DNA from: Dicyema japonicum
Lineage: Eukaryota > Animalia > Dicyemida
NCBI GenBank assembly: GCA_011109175.1
Contig: RDEW01000051.1
Span: forward strand, 56,685-120,684
DNA: 64,000 nucleotides
Reading direction: 5' to 3'
The position numbers were made by a program, and so were the translations under genes. Every line of letters begins with the position of its first letter. The first letter of the stretch is position 1. The notes beneath the pieces were generated by a model. It was given only the letters and a program-made list of their open reading frames with translations, was not told the DNA's origin and did no database searches. Positions 15,165 to 28,815 of the stretch are shown one piece after another.

Positions 15165-18100
15165 CATATTGAACCTTTAAAACAAAACAAACAATAGTCA
15201 TATCATCTAATTAATGTATCAACTTCTGGTCTCTCCGACCAGGCCAGCGACCACCGGGACTCTCTTGGTAGTATCTCCGCTTCCCTTCCTATTTTCTGGA
15301 TCATCCAACTCTTTATCAGTGTCGCGTCGCCTCTTTCCCAAATTGCATCCAGTAAGAGGATTCTTCATCATTTCCCAATTATTGTTAATCGCCATCGTTA
15401 TTTGTTCAAACCCGTGTTTATATTCTACACGCATGCTCTCTAAAGTCTTCTTCAGCGCAATCGTTTGGATGTACGCTCGGGTGATGGTCGTAATTCCAAT
15501 GATGTCCATGTATGATTTGAAATACATGGAGACAATTCCATCACAGGTAAGAACAATTGGGAGTATCTTTACTTTGGCTTTGTAAATGATCTCTAGTTCA
15601 CTCGCAAGAATGTCGTATTTATGTAGTTTTTCAACTTCGACAGCCTTGAGATTGTCCATTGATGTTACTCCAATTTCAATTAGCCATATTTGGTTCATTT
15701 TCTTATCGTACAAGAAAATGTCAGGCTTGTTATATTGGACTTTGGACTCCGTTGGAATGGTCGTATCAACTCGGATCTCGGCATGCTGATTTGTGATGAT
15801 GCTTTGAATAGAATGTGACTTCAATTTTTTGGATTTTTTAAATCCAAATTTTCTAGATAAATGCATGTGAATGCATTTAACTATTTCATTGTGTCGTCTT
15901 GTATAGCTGAGTTTAGCATTCTGTTACACCTCGTAGCCAAATGATCGACAGTTTTTTTCGAGGAATTACAATGTGGACATTTTAGACCAAGATCCCGGAA
16001 AAAGATATTCCTATCTTGCAAAAGAAAGAACATCGCTTCAGACTTGGGAGAAATATTTCCATTTGTGATCCATGTAGACGATGATTTTATGTCAAATGTA
16101 TCATTCTCAAGTGATTCAAATAATATTGAATGTAGGCTTTTCTTTTTGATGATAGACAGGAGAGAGTTAATCTGTGAACTCTTTAGATTCTCCACAATGT
16201 CTATGGTTGGGCCCATTTGGTATTTTACCCGCAGGAATTCTGTGATTGTGGCCATATGTGTTTTTCTTAGCTGTTCGGCCCACAGAATTCCAGCTTTTCT
16301 CAGAGAAATCTTTTTCCGCCTTTCAAGGCTTGTTTTAAACTCAAGTAGCATTTTTTCTGACTTAAAAGTAACTGATATCAGCCCTCTTCCCAGCGTACTC
16401 CTTGGTAAGTATAATCTTTCCTTGGAAGCCGGTTTCATATGAATACCCAAACGCATAAGTAATTTTCTGACTAATCTATCAAATTCCTCATATTCACCGG
16501 GTTCCATCTCGAGAAGACCAATATAATAATTAAAAAGGGATAGAGCATGTTCATTTATGGCTTTAAACAAATTGACCGAATTCAATTTCGTTTTTGACAG
16601 TTTTTCAATACGATCTTGCACCTCCTCTTTGATATTTTTAAGTACAACTTCTTTAACTACTTTGCTGGAATTGTCTTCTAACACCCCCAAATAGCGATAA
16701 CTATCCACTCCATCCATTAGTTTAGCATCATTCGATAGTAAATAACTATTTGTTGCGGACTTTTCAAAATTCTTTTCTAAGCCGGACAATTTAAAGTAAG
16801 CATTCACATCTTTCATCATGCATGCCAGTGTCCCTTCCTCTTTTGCCAAAAGTTTCAAATCATCGATGAATAAGAAATGATTCGCAGAAAAAGTAAAAGA
16901 ATTAGATTCAGCAGTATTGATAGACATGCTCGGATATTTTGCAGACAACATTCTGCTTAGTGGATCCAAAACAAATACAAATAATTGAGGTGATAGAGAG
17001 TCACCTTGGAGTATTCCACGTTCAATATTAATCGTTCCCAATATCTTTTTCCCCAATCTTAATGACACACGCCAGTTTGGAATTATTGATATTACAAACT
17101 TGGTTATCCATTCTGGTAGTCCCGAGTTTTCCAGGATTTTAACAAGATACTCGTGACTCACTGAATCAAACGCTTTTCTAACATCAATCCATGCACAGAA
17201 TAGTTTGTTTTCATGGGCTTTGTTAACACATCTGTTTAAAAGTGCCAATTCCTTTGCTCCTTGACAGTGTCGTTTTGTCCCAAGCTGATACTCAGTAATT
17301 AAATCATAAGTTTCAGCATATTGTGCAATTTTTTCGTTTACACATTTCGTAACCAGCTTGTATAAGCACGGCATACATGTAATCGGTCTAAGATCCTTAG
17401 GGTCAACAGAGTTCTTCTTCTTTGGGATTAGGTATGTAATCCCCGTAAAAACCATCTTTTCGGTTGACTTTTCCCACTAATGATATCTCTGATCTCTTTA
17501 AATAAATATTGATGAAGAGAATCCAACTTCTTGATAAAGAAGTTATATACGCAATCAACTCCGGGGGCCTTCCAATTTGGGAGGTACTCAATTAAATTTG
17601 ATATAAAATTATCGTTTATATCAGATTCTTGCTGTTCAACTCCCGTTATTCTCTTGTTCATTCCAAAACTCAAATCATTTTTATCCCTTTTTTCCCAAAC
17701 CTCTGTCCAAAATTTAAAGCATTCGGATGTGTCAAAGCCATCAATGCACTCAATGTCAGAATCTGACTTTAGTTTTCTATAGAATGACCTTCTGTTCAAC
17801 TCAAAATTTCGATTATCAGTTCCATATTGTCGCCTCGAGTCTGCAATCGACAACTTTTTGTTTAAAATTCTAATTTGGTCATTTATTGCGGTTGATATCC
17901 TTTCAAATTCACCCCTTTTGCATTTTTTGTAATTGTAGGAACACAGAATGTCGACTGCTTTTTTCTTTTCCTCGCCTGTAATAGTAGACATAAAGAAATT
18001 TGATATTACTAGATTATTTTCAGCTAAAATTTCAATCTTCTTTTGTATTCTTTGCCTCCAGTTCGATTTGAAAGGTTCCTTCATTGTGATTTGTTGATAT

Positions 18101-18759
18101 ACACACTGAGCAGAGTATATCAAACATGAAATGTCTTCAATACTTGAAGGTATGTTATTCGATGTATATTCGATTAAAGATTTATTTAGCATTTCAATTA
18201 AATTGTCATTTACAAACTGGAAAGGAATCTTCCTTGTTTGACGCCTTTCATCGATTTTCTTTGAACTATTTGCATCAATCTGACTCAATAATTCTTCAAA
18301 GGTTTTATTGTATAATGCCAAATCAGGTGCCTTATCCATTTTAATTCCAATTTTAGGTATTGTACTATTATTCTGATGACAGGAGACAAGTCTCTTCAAC
18401 TCATAAACGGATTTCTTTTTTCCAAATTTAGAATTAAAATAATTGGCTATGAACGGCCACCCTCCTCTAGGTACTCGTTTGAGGCGGTCTTTGACACAAG
18501 TTAAAAGAGATGAGATCCATTCTCCGGGATTAGAAGAGTCAATAGAGTCGCAGATAGCATTCAGAGAACACAAAGTTGAGCTGGTCTGTTGAGGACCGTT
18601 ACTGTAATTGACTTGGGCATTAAAATGGCCATGAACAGGCAAATCCACACTTTCTCGAACTCCATTTATTAAATATTCTGTGGACGCGTCCATGGGAATG
18701 ACTTTTTCAGACTGGGAAAAACCAACCATCATTACAACACTAGACAATTATATTGTGAT
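15165..18759 (-). mobile_element. Full-length R4/Dong-like non-LTR retrotransposon (RT + CCHC + restriction-like endonuclease) with 12-bp TSD
   Basis: Direct repeat AGATCATGTAAA at 15153-15164 and 18760-18771 brackets the element. The ORF carries RT motifs, a CCHC knuckle and an RLE motif. Confidence 0.9.
15219..18732 (-). CDS. Single ~1170-aa RT-RLE polyprotein split by two 1-nt frameshifts (~17448 and ~15908)
   Basis: RT motifs LRPITCMPCLYKL, WIDVRKAFDSV, GILQGDSLSP, FLFIDDLKL, YRYLGV. CCHC: CPHC...TVDHLATRC. RLE: KPDIFLYD...LIEIG. Adding one base at each break restores WFFTGITYLIPK and NSDYTRRHNEIVKCIH. Confidence 0.9.
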
Positions 18760-18771
18760 AGATCATGTAAA

Positions 18772-19420
18772 AATTATTAATTTTTAATAACTTTTTTTGA
18801 TGCGTTTCATATGTGAATGAAGAGTTTTCATACTTATTTGTTTCCTTAAGTTTTTTCTTTGTAGGTCAGTCAAAAATTTACTATCCAAGGAACAGAGTAC
18901 TTTTCCCGCAAAAATTCTTTAGTGTTATCCATATGTGTTTTACTATAGATTTCGGCCTGAAGAATAAAAAATTTCTTCTTTGCAACAAGTGTTTCTTTCT
19001 TTCAAGTTATTCAGAAAACCAAATAACATTTTTTCTAAAGAAAGAGATCGAGCACAATCCACTCTCTAGCATGTTTTTTAAGTAAATACAATTTCTCTTT
19101 GCAAGCTGTTTTAATATGTATATGATGTTTTCAGCAAACTAAGGATAGAATTATCAATTATCTCAAATTCATTCTGTTAAATCAATTAAACCGATATAGT
19201 AATTGTATAAAAATAATGATGTTCGTTAATTGTTTTAAAAAGGTTGATTGAGTACAATTTAGTATTTACTAATTTTTTTTATTCTTTGGCATAATCCAGA
19301 AAATATTGTTTTGAGCATGTCTGCCTTGTTAATTTGCCCAGGGCCTTCCAATACACCCAAATACTTGGTAACCAGTATATTCATCTAAAACAATTCGTCA
19401 ATTAACAATTTGTATAAATC
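18772..19420 (-). pseudogene. Older, degenerate R4-like RT remnant, host of the younger insertion
   Basis: Minus-strand translation gives fragments YLGVLEGPGQINK, LERKKHLLQRR, KTHMDNTKEFLREKY and LQRKNLRKQISMKTLHS, colinear with the intact element's post-RT region. Confidence 0.65.
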
Positions 19421-19821
19421 GTCATGTTTGTCTAATAACAATTAATTCATTTTATTCAAGATATTTAAAAAGAAATATTGTGAGCTATTCCTCTAAGATA
19501 TTCATTTATATTGTCAGGACCCGCTGCCCTGCAAAAGAAGCGCCTGAAGGAGACAACGTCGTGCTGCTCTGAAAGATGTGATCGTCAGATTTTTGAAGGC
19601 TACAGGCTTGGAGGAAACATACTAGAGGGAACTCGTTCGCAAACCACGCAGCAGGCTTCCTCAACTGACATTTGTTTAATTGTTAAAAAATTATTTTTAT
19701 TGTCAAATCTAAAATTTTCAACAATTCTTTTAATGCGTGAAGCACTTTCGCGAAAACACTTTTTTGGAGATTGTGCTTCTTTTCCAGCTACAAATTGTTG
19801 AATAATTCATTCAAATTTTGT

Positions 19822-22800
19822 TCTTGTCAATCGCTTTTCCAGAAAAGCTCTCCTTGTGTATGAAAAACAAAAGGTTATGGATGTTCTTTGTGCCTATGGA
19901 TACAAAAGGGCCAAAAAAGGGTAGGTTGCCAAAATTGAGGCTCTACTATGTGACCTTGTAAGAATTAAGAAGAAGCAAATAGCTGTACATCATTCGAGGA
20001 AAGACTTTCGCAAAGACAACTGTTGTTTTGAATTAAATCGAAGAAGATTTTATCGGAAACTATCAGCAAGCAATGAGTAACGTTATATGGTTTCGATGAT
20101 GATGATTGTACGTCGTTTTGGGAAAAAGTGTGGTCTAAAAGAAAAGAGATGAACGTCCCATATGACAGTGTGGGTAAAGTAAAAACTGGTATTGAAGACA
20201 TGTTGCCAGAGTTCACAAATGAGTTTATCCTGGATGTTATTAAATGGCTCCCTGATTGGAAGGCGTGTGTATGCGATGGCTCATATAACTTCTTTATTAA
20301 GAAAATGAATCTTTACATGGCTTTTTATGTACTGAGATTAACCGAATTATTAATGGGGAATATATGCCTGAAAGTTGGTTTTATACTGGAGTAACCTATT
20401 TAATTCCTAAAAAGGATGATTGTGAGACTCCTAATGACTTACGTCCTATCACGTGTATGCCAACTTTATATAAACTTATTAGCAAATGTGTTAATTCCAA
20501 ACTCTCAGATTTTGTGGATTCGTTTGGCTATTATCTGACAATCAGCTGGGAACGAAGAAACATTGTCAGTGCTAAGGAACAGGCCCTTATTAATCAATTC
20601 TTAAATAAGGAGTGTGGAAACGCCCTTTATTCCTGCTTGGTGGATGTGAAGAAGGCCTTTGATTCTGTTGACCATGAATTTTTATTTCATGTATTGGACT
20701 GCTCAGGAATACCCCGTTGGATTGTAAACTTTGTAAAGACCATAGTCAAGAAGTGGACTGTAAATCTACACTTAGATGGAAGAAGAATTGGTTCTGTAAA
20801 ACTGGGACGGGGAATTTTGCAAGGAGATTCTTATCCCCTCAACTATTTGTTATGGTAATGGAACCCTTGAGCAGGACCCTTAACTCTATGTTCCCAAGAC
20901 TCCAAATTAATCAGGAGGATCCTAATACACTGACCTTTTCTACAAATCATTTGTTATTCATTGATGACCTAAAGATATTTGGGCTAAAAGAAAGATACTG
21001 TTATTAAAATGATGAAAGTTGTTCGCGATTTCTTTTATGTTGCCGGCTTGGAGATGAATTCGGAAAAGTCACTTTCTAATGTTAAATCGTTATCATGTTG
21101 TGAGACACTGGAAGGAGTCAGTTGGATATCGATATTGTTTTTGAAGATAAGTAATGTTCTTAAAAGCAAAGTTATGGAGTCCATACTTGAAAATGTTAAA
21201 AAGAGAATAACCATGCTTTCAAAAACAAAGTTAAATTCTGTGAACTTATTTCGCGCAATAAATGAATACTCAATGTCTCTATATAACTATTATATAGGAT
21301 TAATTAATATTGAACCATACGAATTTGATGATATTGACCAACAAATACGGCAACTGCTTACGTCACTCAAGTTGCACCTCAAACCTGCAAATAAAGAGAG
21401 GCTGTATTTGGACAGGAAGACTTTTGGAAGAGGACTTTCCTCGATTTCATTAAAGAGCGAATTAATACTTTTCCAGTTTTTTAAAAGTTTGGAAAAACAG
21501 TCGACTGTGTGTTTGCGAAGGTCGGGGATTCTGCGAGTAATAAAAACAAAAAAATGGCACTTGGCTACAATCGCAGGATTTCTTGCCTCTAATATGCAAT
21601 TGCCGACAAGGAAAGCATGAATATTAAGTCTTTCAAAGACACTCAGAAAAAATATTTATTAAATAAAATTTATTGCAGAACACTACACTCAATTATGTTC
21701 AAATGTATTGATGAAACAAATGTCGACCTATATAGTTCCTCATAATGGTTATCCAAAGGAAATAACGGCCCACGGAGCGAAGCATTGTGTCTTTTGCAAG
21801 ATAGGAATTTGTTTTTTGCACACACGGGGTCATTATGCAACCAGTGTAAAAAAAGCAAGAAAACTGTTGATCATTTGGTCACTCAGTGTGGAAAAATGCT
21901 AAATAGTGATTATCTCCGAAGACATAATGAAGTGGTAAAGTACATCCATCTTCATCTTTGTCCAATTTATGGAATCAAAAGAAGCAGGAAATTGAAAGGA
22001 CATTCGGTTCAGTCAATATTGACGAATCAAAATGTCGAAATTAGAGTTGACTCGTCGATTTTGACAGAAACAAAAGTCCAATACAATAAACCTGATATTT
22101 TTGTTAGCCTGTTATTTGTTTTCTGAACAACTTGAAAGATGGTTGGAGAACACTGAAAAGAAAATCTTAAAGCTGATGGCAGAACTAGAACTTGTCAATC
22201 GCTTTTCCTGACAAGCTCTCCTTGTGTATGAAAAACAAAATGTTATGGATGTTCTTTGTGCCTATGGATACAAAAGGGCCAAAAAAGGGGAGGTTGCCAA
22301 AATTGAGGCTCTACTATGTGACCTTGTAAGAATTAAGAAGAAGCAAATAGCTGTACATCATTCGAGGAAAGACTTTCGCAAGGACAACTGTTGTTTTGAA
22401 TTAAATCGAAGAAGATTTTATCGGAAACTATCAGCAAGCAATGAGGTAACGTTATATGGTTTCGATGATGAGGATTGTATGTCGTTTTGGGAAAAAGTGT
22501 GGTATAAAAGAAAAGAGATGAACGTGCCATATGACAGTGTGGGTAAAGTAAATACTGGAATTGAAGACATGTTGCCAGAGTTCACAAATGAGTTTATCCT
22601 GGATGTTATTAAATGGCTCTCTGATTGGAAGGCGTGTTGATGCGATGGCTCATATAACTTCTTTATTAAGAAAATGGAATCTTTACAAGGCTTTTTATGT
22701 ACTGAGATTAACCGAATTATTAATGGGGAATATATGCCTGAAAGTTGGTTTTATACTGGAGTAACCTATTTAATTCCTAAAAAGGATGATTGTGAGACTC

Positions 22801-25800
22801 CTAATGACTTACGTCCTATCACGTGTATGCCAACTTTATATAAACTTATTAGCAAATGTGTTAATTCCAAACTCTCAGATTTTGTGGATTCGTTTGGCTA
22901 TTATCTGACAATCAGCTGGAACGAAGAAACATTGTCAGTGCTAAGGAACAGGCCCTTATTAATCAATTCTTAAATAAGGAGTGTGGAAACGCCCTTTATT
23001 CTGCTTGGTGGATGTGAAGAAGGCCGTTGATTCTGTTGACCATGAATTTTTATTTCATGTATTGGACTGCTCAGGAATACCCCGTTGGATTGTAAACTTT
23101 GTAAAGACCATAGTCAAGAAGTGGACTGTAAATCTACACTTAGATGGAAGAAGAATTGGTTCTGTAAAACTGGGAATTTTGCAAGGAGATTCCTTATCCC
23201 CTCAACTATTTGTTATGGTAATGGAACCCTTGAGCAGGACCCTTAACTCTATGTTCCCAAGACTCCAAATTAATCAGGAGGATCCTAATACACTGACCTT
23301 TTCTATCATTGTTATTCATTGATGACCTAAAGATATTTGGGCTAAAAGAAGATACTGTTATTAAAATGATGAAAGTTGTTCGCGATTTCTTTTATGTTGC
23401 CGGCTTGGAGATGAATTCGGAAAAGTCACTTTCTAATGTTAAATCGTTATCATGTTGTGAGACTGGAAGGAGTCAGTGGATATCGATATTTGGGTGTTTT
23501 TGAAGATGAGGGAAGTAATGTTCTTAAAAGCAAAGTTATGGAGTCCATACTTGAAAATGTTAAAAAGAGAATAACCATGCTTTCAAAAACAAAGTTAAAT
23601 TCTGTGAACTTATTTCGCGCAATAAATGAATACTCAATGTCTCTATATAACTATTATATAGGATTAATTAATATTGAACCATACGAATTTGATGATATTG
23701 ACCAACAAATACGGCAACTGCTTACGTCACTCAAGTTGCACCTCAAACCTGCAAATAAAGAGAGGCTGTATTTGGACAGGAAGACTTTTGGAAGAGGACT
23801 TTCCTCGATTTCATTAAAGAGCGAATTAATACTTTTCCAGTTTTTTAAAAGTTTGGAAAAACAGTCGACTGTGTGTTTGCGAAGGTCGGGGATTCTGCGA
23901 GTAATAAAAACAAAAAAATGGCACTTGGCTACAATCGCATGATTTCTTGCCTCTAAATATGCAATTGCCGACAAGGAAAGCATGAATATTAAGTCTTTCA
24001 AGGACACTCAGAAAAAATATTTATTAAATAAAATTTATTGCAGAACACTACACTCAATTATGTTCAAATGTATTGATGAAACAAATGTCGACCTATATAG
24101 TTCCTCAGAATGGTTATCCAAAGGAAATAACGGCCCACGGAGCGAAGCATTGTCTTTTGCAAGATAGGAATTTGTTTTTTGCACACACGGGGTCATTATG
24201 CAACCATTGTAAAAAAAGCAAGAAAACTGTTGATCATTTGGCCACTCAGTGTGGAAAAATGCTAAATAGTGATTATCTCCGAAGACATAATGAAGTGGTA
24301 AAGTGTATCCATCTTCATCTTTGTCCAATTTATGGAATCAAAAGAAGCAGGAAATTGAAAGGACATTTGGTTCAGTCAATATTGACGAATCAAAATGTCG
24401 AAATTAGAGTTGACTCGTCGATTTTGACAGAAACAAAAGTCCAATACAATAAACCTGATATTTTTGTTAGCCTGTTATTTGTTTTCTGAACAACTTGAAA
24501 GGTGGTTGGAGAACACTGAAAAGAAAATCTTAAAGCTGATGGCAGAACTAGAACTTGTCAATCGCTTTTCCAGACAAGCTCTCCTTGTGTATGAAAAACA
24601 AAAGGTCATGGATGATCTTTGTGCCTATGGATACAAAAGGGCCAAAAAAAAGGAGGTTGCCAAAATTGAGGCTCTACTATGTGACCTTGTAAGAATTAAG
24701 AAGAAGCAAATAGCTGTACATCATTCGAGGAAGGACTTTCGCAAAGACAACTGTTGTTTTGAATTAAATCGAAGAAGATTTTATCGGAAACTATCAGCAA
24801 GCAATGAGGTAACGTTATATGGTTTCGATGATGAGGATTGTATGTCGTTTTGGGAAAAAGTGTGGTATAAAAGAAAAGAGATGAACGTGCCATATGACAG
24901 TGTGGGTAAAGTAAATACTGGAATTGAAGACATGTTGCCAGAGTTCACAAATGAGTTTATCCTGGATGTTATTAAATGGCTCTTTGATTGGAAGGCGTGT
25001 TGATGCGATGGCTCATATAACTTCTTTATTAAGAAAATGGAATCTTTACATGGCTTTTTATGTACTGAGATTAACCTAATTATTAATGGGGAATATATGC
25101 CTAAAAGTTGGTTTTATACTGGAGTAACCTATTTAATTCCTAAAAAGGATGATTGTGAGACTCATAATGACTTACGTCCTATCACGTGTATGCCAACTTT
25201 AAATAAACTTATTAGCAAATGTGTTAATTCCAAACTCTCAGATTTTGTGGATTCGTTTGGCTATTATCTGACAATCAGCTGGGAACGAGAAACATTGTCA
25301 GTGCTAAGGAACAGGCCCTTATTAATCAATCTTAAATAAGGAGTGTGGAAACGCCCTTTATTCTGCTTGGTGGATGTGAAGAAGGCCTTTGATTCTGTTG
25401 ACCATGAATTTTTATTTCATGTATTGGACTGCTCAGGAATACCCCGTTGGATTGTAAACTTTGTAAAGACCATAGTCAAGAAGTGGACTGTAAATCTACA
25501 CTTAGATGGAAGAAGAATTGGTTCTGTAAAACTGGGACGGGAAATTTTGCAAGGAGATTCTTATCCCCTCAACTATTTGTTATGGTAATGGAACCCTTGA
25601 GCAGGACCCTTAACTCTATGTTCCCAAGACTCCAAATTAATCAGGAGGATCCTAATACACTGACTTTTCTACAAATCATTTGTTATTCATTGATGACCTA
25701 AAGATATTTGGGCTAAAAGAAGATACTGTTATTAAAATGATGAAAGTTGTTCGCGATTTCTTTTATGTTGCCGGCTTAGAGATGAATTCGGAAAAGTCAC

Positions 25801-27300
25801 TTTCTAATGTTAAATCGTTATCATGTTGTGAGACTCTGGAAGGAGTCAGTGGATATCGATATTTGGGTGTTTTTGAAGATGAGGGAAGTAATGTTCTTAA
25901 AAGCTCTGTGAACTGATTTCGCGCAATAAATGAATACTCAATGTCTATATAACTGTTATATAGGATTAATTAATATTGAACCATACGAATTTGATGATAT
26001 TGACCAACAAATACGGCAACTGCTTACGTCACTCAAGTTGCACCTCAAACCTGCAAATAAAGAGAGGCTGTATTTGGACAGGAAGACTTTTGGAAGAGGA
26101 CTTTCCTCGATTTCATTAAAGAGCGAATTAATACTTTTCCAGTTTTTTAAAAGTTTGGAAAAACAGTCGACTGTGTGTTTGCGAAGGTCGGGGATTCTGC
26201 GAGTAATAAAAACAAAAAAATGGCACTTGGCTACAATCGCAGGATTTCTTGCTTCTAAATATGCAATTGCCGACAGGAAAGCATGGATATTAAGTCTCAA
26301 GGACACTCAGAAAAAATATTTATTAAATAAAATTTATTGCAGAACACTACACTCAATTATGTTCAAATGTATTGATGAAACAAATGTCGACCTATATACT
26401 TCCTCAGAATGGTTATCCAAAGGAAATAACGGCCCACGGAGCGAAGCATTGTCTTTTGCAAGATAGGAATTTGGTTTTTGCACACACGGGGTCATTATGC
26501 AACCATTGTAAAAAAAGCAAGAAAACTGTTGATCATTTGGCCACTCAGTGTGGAAAAATGCTAAATAGTGATTATCTCCGAAGACATAATGAAGTGGTAA
26601 AGTGCATCCATCTTCATCTTTGTCCAATTTATGGAATCAAAAGAAGCAGGAAATTGAAAGGACATTCGGTTCAGTCAATATTGACGAATCAAAATGTCGA
26701 AATTAGAGTTGACTCGTCGATTTTGACAGAAACAAAAGTCCAATACAATAAACCTGATATTTTTGTGTATGACAAAATAAGAAGGAAGTAACGTTAATTG
26801 AAGTGGGGATTACCTCACAAGACCGACTAAAGCAAGTTGAAGTTGAGAAACTTCACAAATATGACTTGCTAGCAAATGAACTTTCGCTGCTCTATGAATG
26901 CCAAGTGAAGATTATTCCAGTGGTTTTGACATGGGATGGAGTTGTTTCAAGATGCTTCAAGAATCATATGGATAAATTATCTATTGAAGAATCAACGAGG
27001 ACTTACATCCAATCGGTTGTACTGAAGAGAACGCTCGAAAATATGCTCATTGAACATAAGCATGGGATGAAGGTATACGATAAAGAGTACGCCTCTGCTA
27101 CCTCCCAACTTGTGGAACTGGCATGCCGTGAAGACAGCCCACTGGACTCAAACGGAGATATTTTGACTGAATCTGATGTGGAGATGCGGAGTAACAGGGA
27201 GGTTATGGCACACTCTTCTTCTAAGAGAAGAAGAGTGATTACCAACAATCTGGATCAAAATACGCTTAATTAATTAATTAGTTAATTTACATTTATTTAT
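19822..27300 (+). mobile_element. Second R4/Dong-like RLE retrotransposon family, 5'-truncated, with an internal ~2.36-kb segment in three tandem copies; heavily frameshifted
   Basis: RT fragments (LRPITCMPTLYKL, VDVKKAFDSV, FIDDLKIF) occur three times. Junctions CCTGATATTTTTGT|TAGCCTG at ~22103 and ~24466. Only the third copy continues into the RLE tail (26803-27273). Confidence 0.9.
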
Positions 27301-27385
27301 AATCAATTATAATTGTAACAAAATTTCATAAAAAATTATTACTATTAGCACTAGTAGGTCAAATTAAATATATAATTTGATAAAA

Positions 27386-28815
27386 CGCTGTCGAGTTGGC
27401 TGTGCTCCTTTTGTATTGGAATGGAGGCCCCCAGGCGGGAAAAAATAACTCAGTCAAACTTTACACTGCCACATACAGACCATACTCTCTTGAAGATCTC
27501 GAACCTCAGGAAAACCATGAAAATCCCAGTAAAAATCCCTAAAGGAGTACGAATTGCCGCAGCAACGTGTCTTTCAGATGCCATTGATCACGCACTATCC
27601 TCTGACAGTTGGGAATCCTGGCTAAAACTTATATGCTTTGCACCTGTCGCACTCGGAATACCTACAAAGGAATCTGAGGACAATAATAAAGAAACAAACT
27701 CCCGACTCAACTTATCCGGGAAACTGAAACGAAACATAATGAATTTTAGCTGTCATAACATACACGCAATACTTGAACATCCACTTCATGTCAATGAGTT
27801 AGAAACCAGAGGAGCATTCATCAAAGATGCCCCCAACAAACTAAAGGAGAGAGTAAACCGGAAACTTCTGGAAGGCGACGTGCGGGCAGCCTTACGAGTT
27901 ATCACATCCGATGACACAGTATTGTCCTGTACCTCCGAGGTCCTAAATACCTTAATACTAAAGCATCCAGATGCACCGACTGACTATGAAAAGTTTTTGA
28001 ATCCTGAAGGAACCCAGGAGATAATCATTACTGAATCCGAAGTGCGCCACGGAATAACTTCCTTCGCGGCTAGCAGCGGTGGAGGCTTGGAAGGGTTACG
28101 TCCTGGCCATATTAAGGACCTTACGTCCACTTACACCTCGGAAGCTGGACGGTGTCTTGTCAAATCAATTACGGACCTAATCAGAAAAATGGTTAACGGC
28201 GACATCCCAAAATATGCCAGAGAATTGCTCTTCTCTGCAAGGCTACTTGCTTTCAAAAAACCCAACGGAGGAATCCGCCCCATTGCGGTCGGGAACTATT
28301 TTAGAAAACTTGCAGCAAAAGTAGCATCGACCATGGTGAGCAGACAACTCGGAGAGGAGTTCTTTCCTAAACAAATGGGTGTTAGTATCCAGAACGGATG
28401 TGAGGTTGCGGTTCATGCAGCAAGGCGTTTCTTCACACAGAAAAATATCTCAAATGAATGCATTGGAATCAAGTTGGACATAACGAATGCCTTTAATTCT
28501 CTCAGAAGAGACGAAATTATGAAAACGTGTTGGAAGAGGGCTCCAAAGCTTTTCCCTCTTGTCAATCTATCCTATGGTGAAGATACGTCTTTGGTTTTTG
28601 AAAATGAAATTATTAAATCAAAAACGGGTGTACAACAAGGAGATCCGCTCGGACCTCTATTATTTGCCTTGACCATTGAGGTTGTGAGCTCAATTGATGC
28701 TCAGCTAAATCTCTGGTACCTCGATGATGCCACAATTGGAGGATCGTTCAAAGAAACATACAATTCATTACGTAAAGCGTTACCAGCTTTAAAACATTTG
28801 GGCTTGGACATCAAT
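27386..28815 (+). mobile_element. CRE-clade non-LTR retrotransposon fragment, truncated at both ends, flanked by an 11-bp direct repeat
   Basis: ATTTGATAAAA at 27375-27385 and 28816-28826. The ORF has CRE-type RT motifs. Confidence 0.8.

Noticed and set aside
15881-17455. Bacterial group II intron, retron or DGR reverse transcriptase
   Set aside because: The CCHC knuckle, C-terminal RLE and TSD identify a non-LTR retrotransposon. No template/variable repeat pair or intron RNA was seen.
17428-17455. Programmed ribosomal frameshift between ORFs
   Set aside because: RLE elements encode one ORF, and the break is a 1-nt loss in a homopolymer like those in host genes.
15214-18344. Plus-strand ORFs (123, 132, 83, 72 aa and others)
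   Set aside because: Antisense shadows of the minus-strand retrotransposon ORF.
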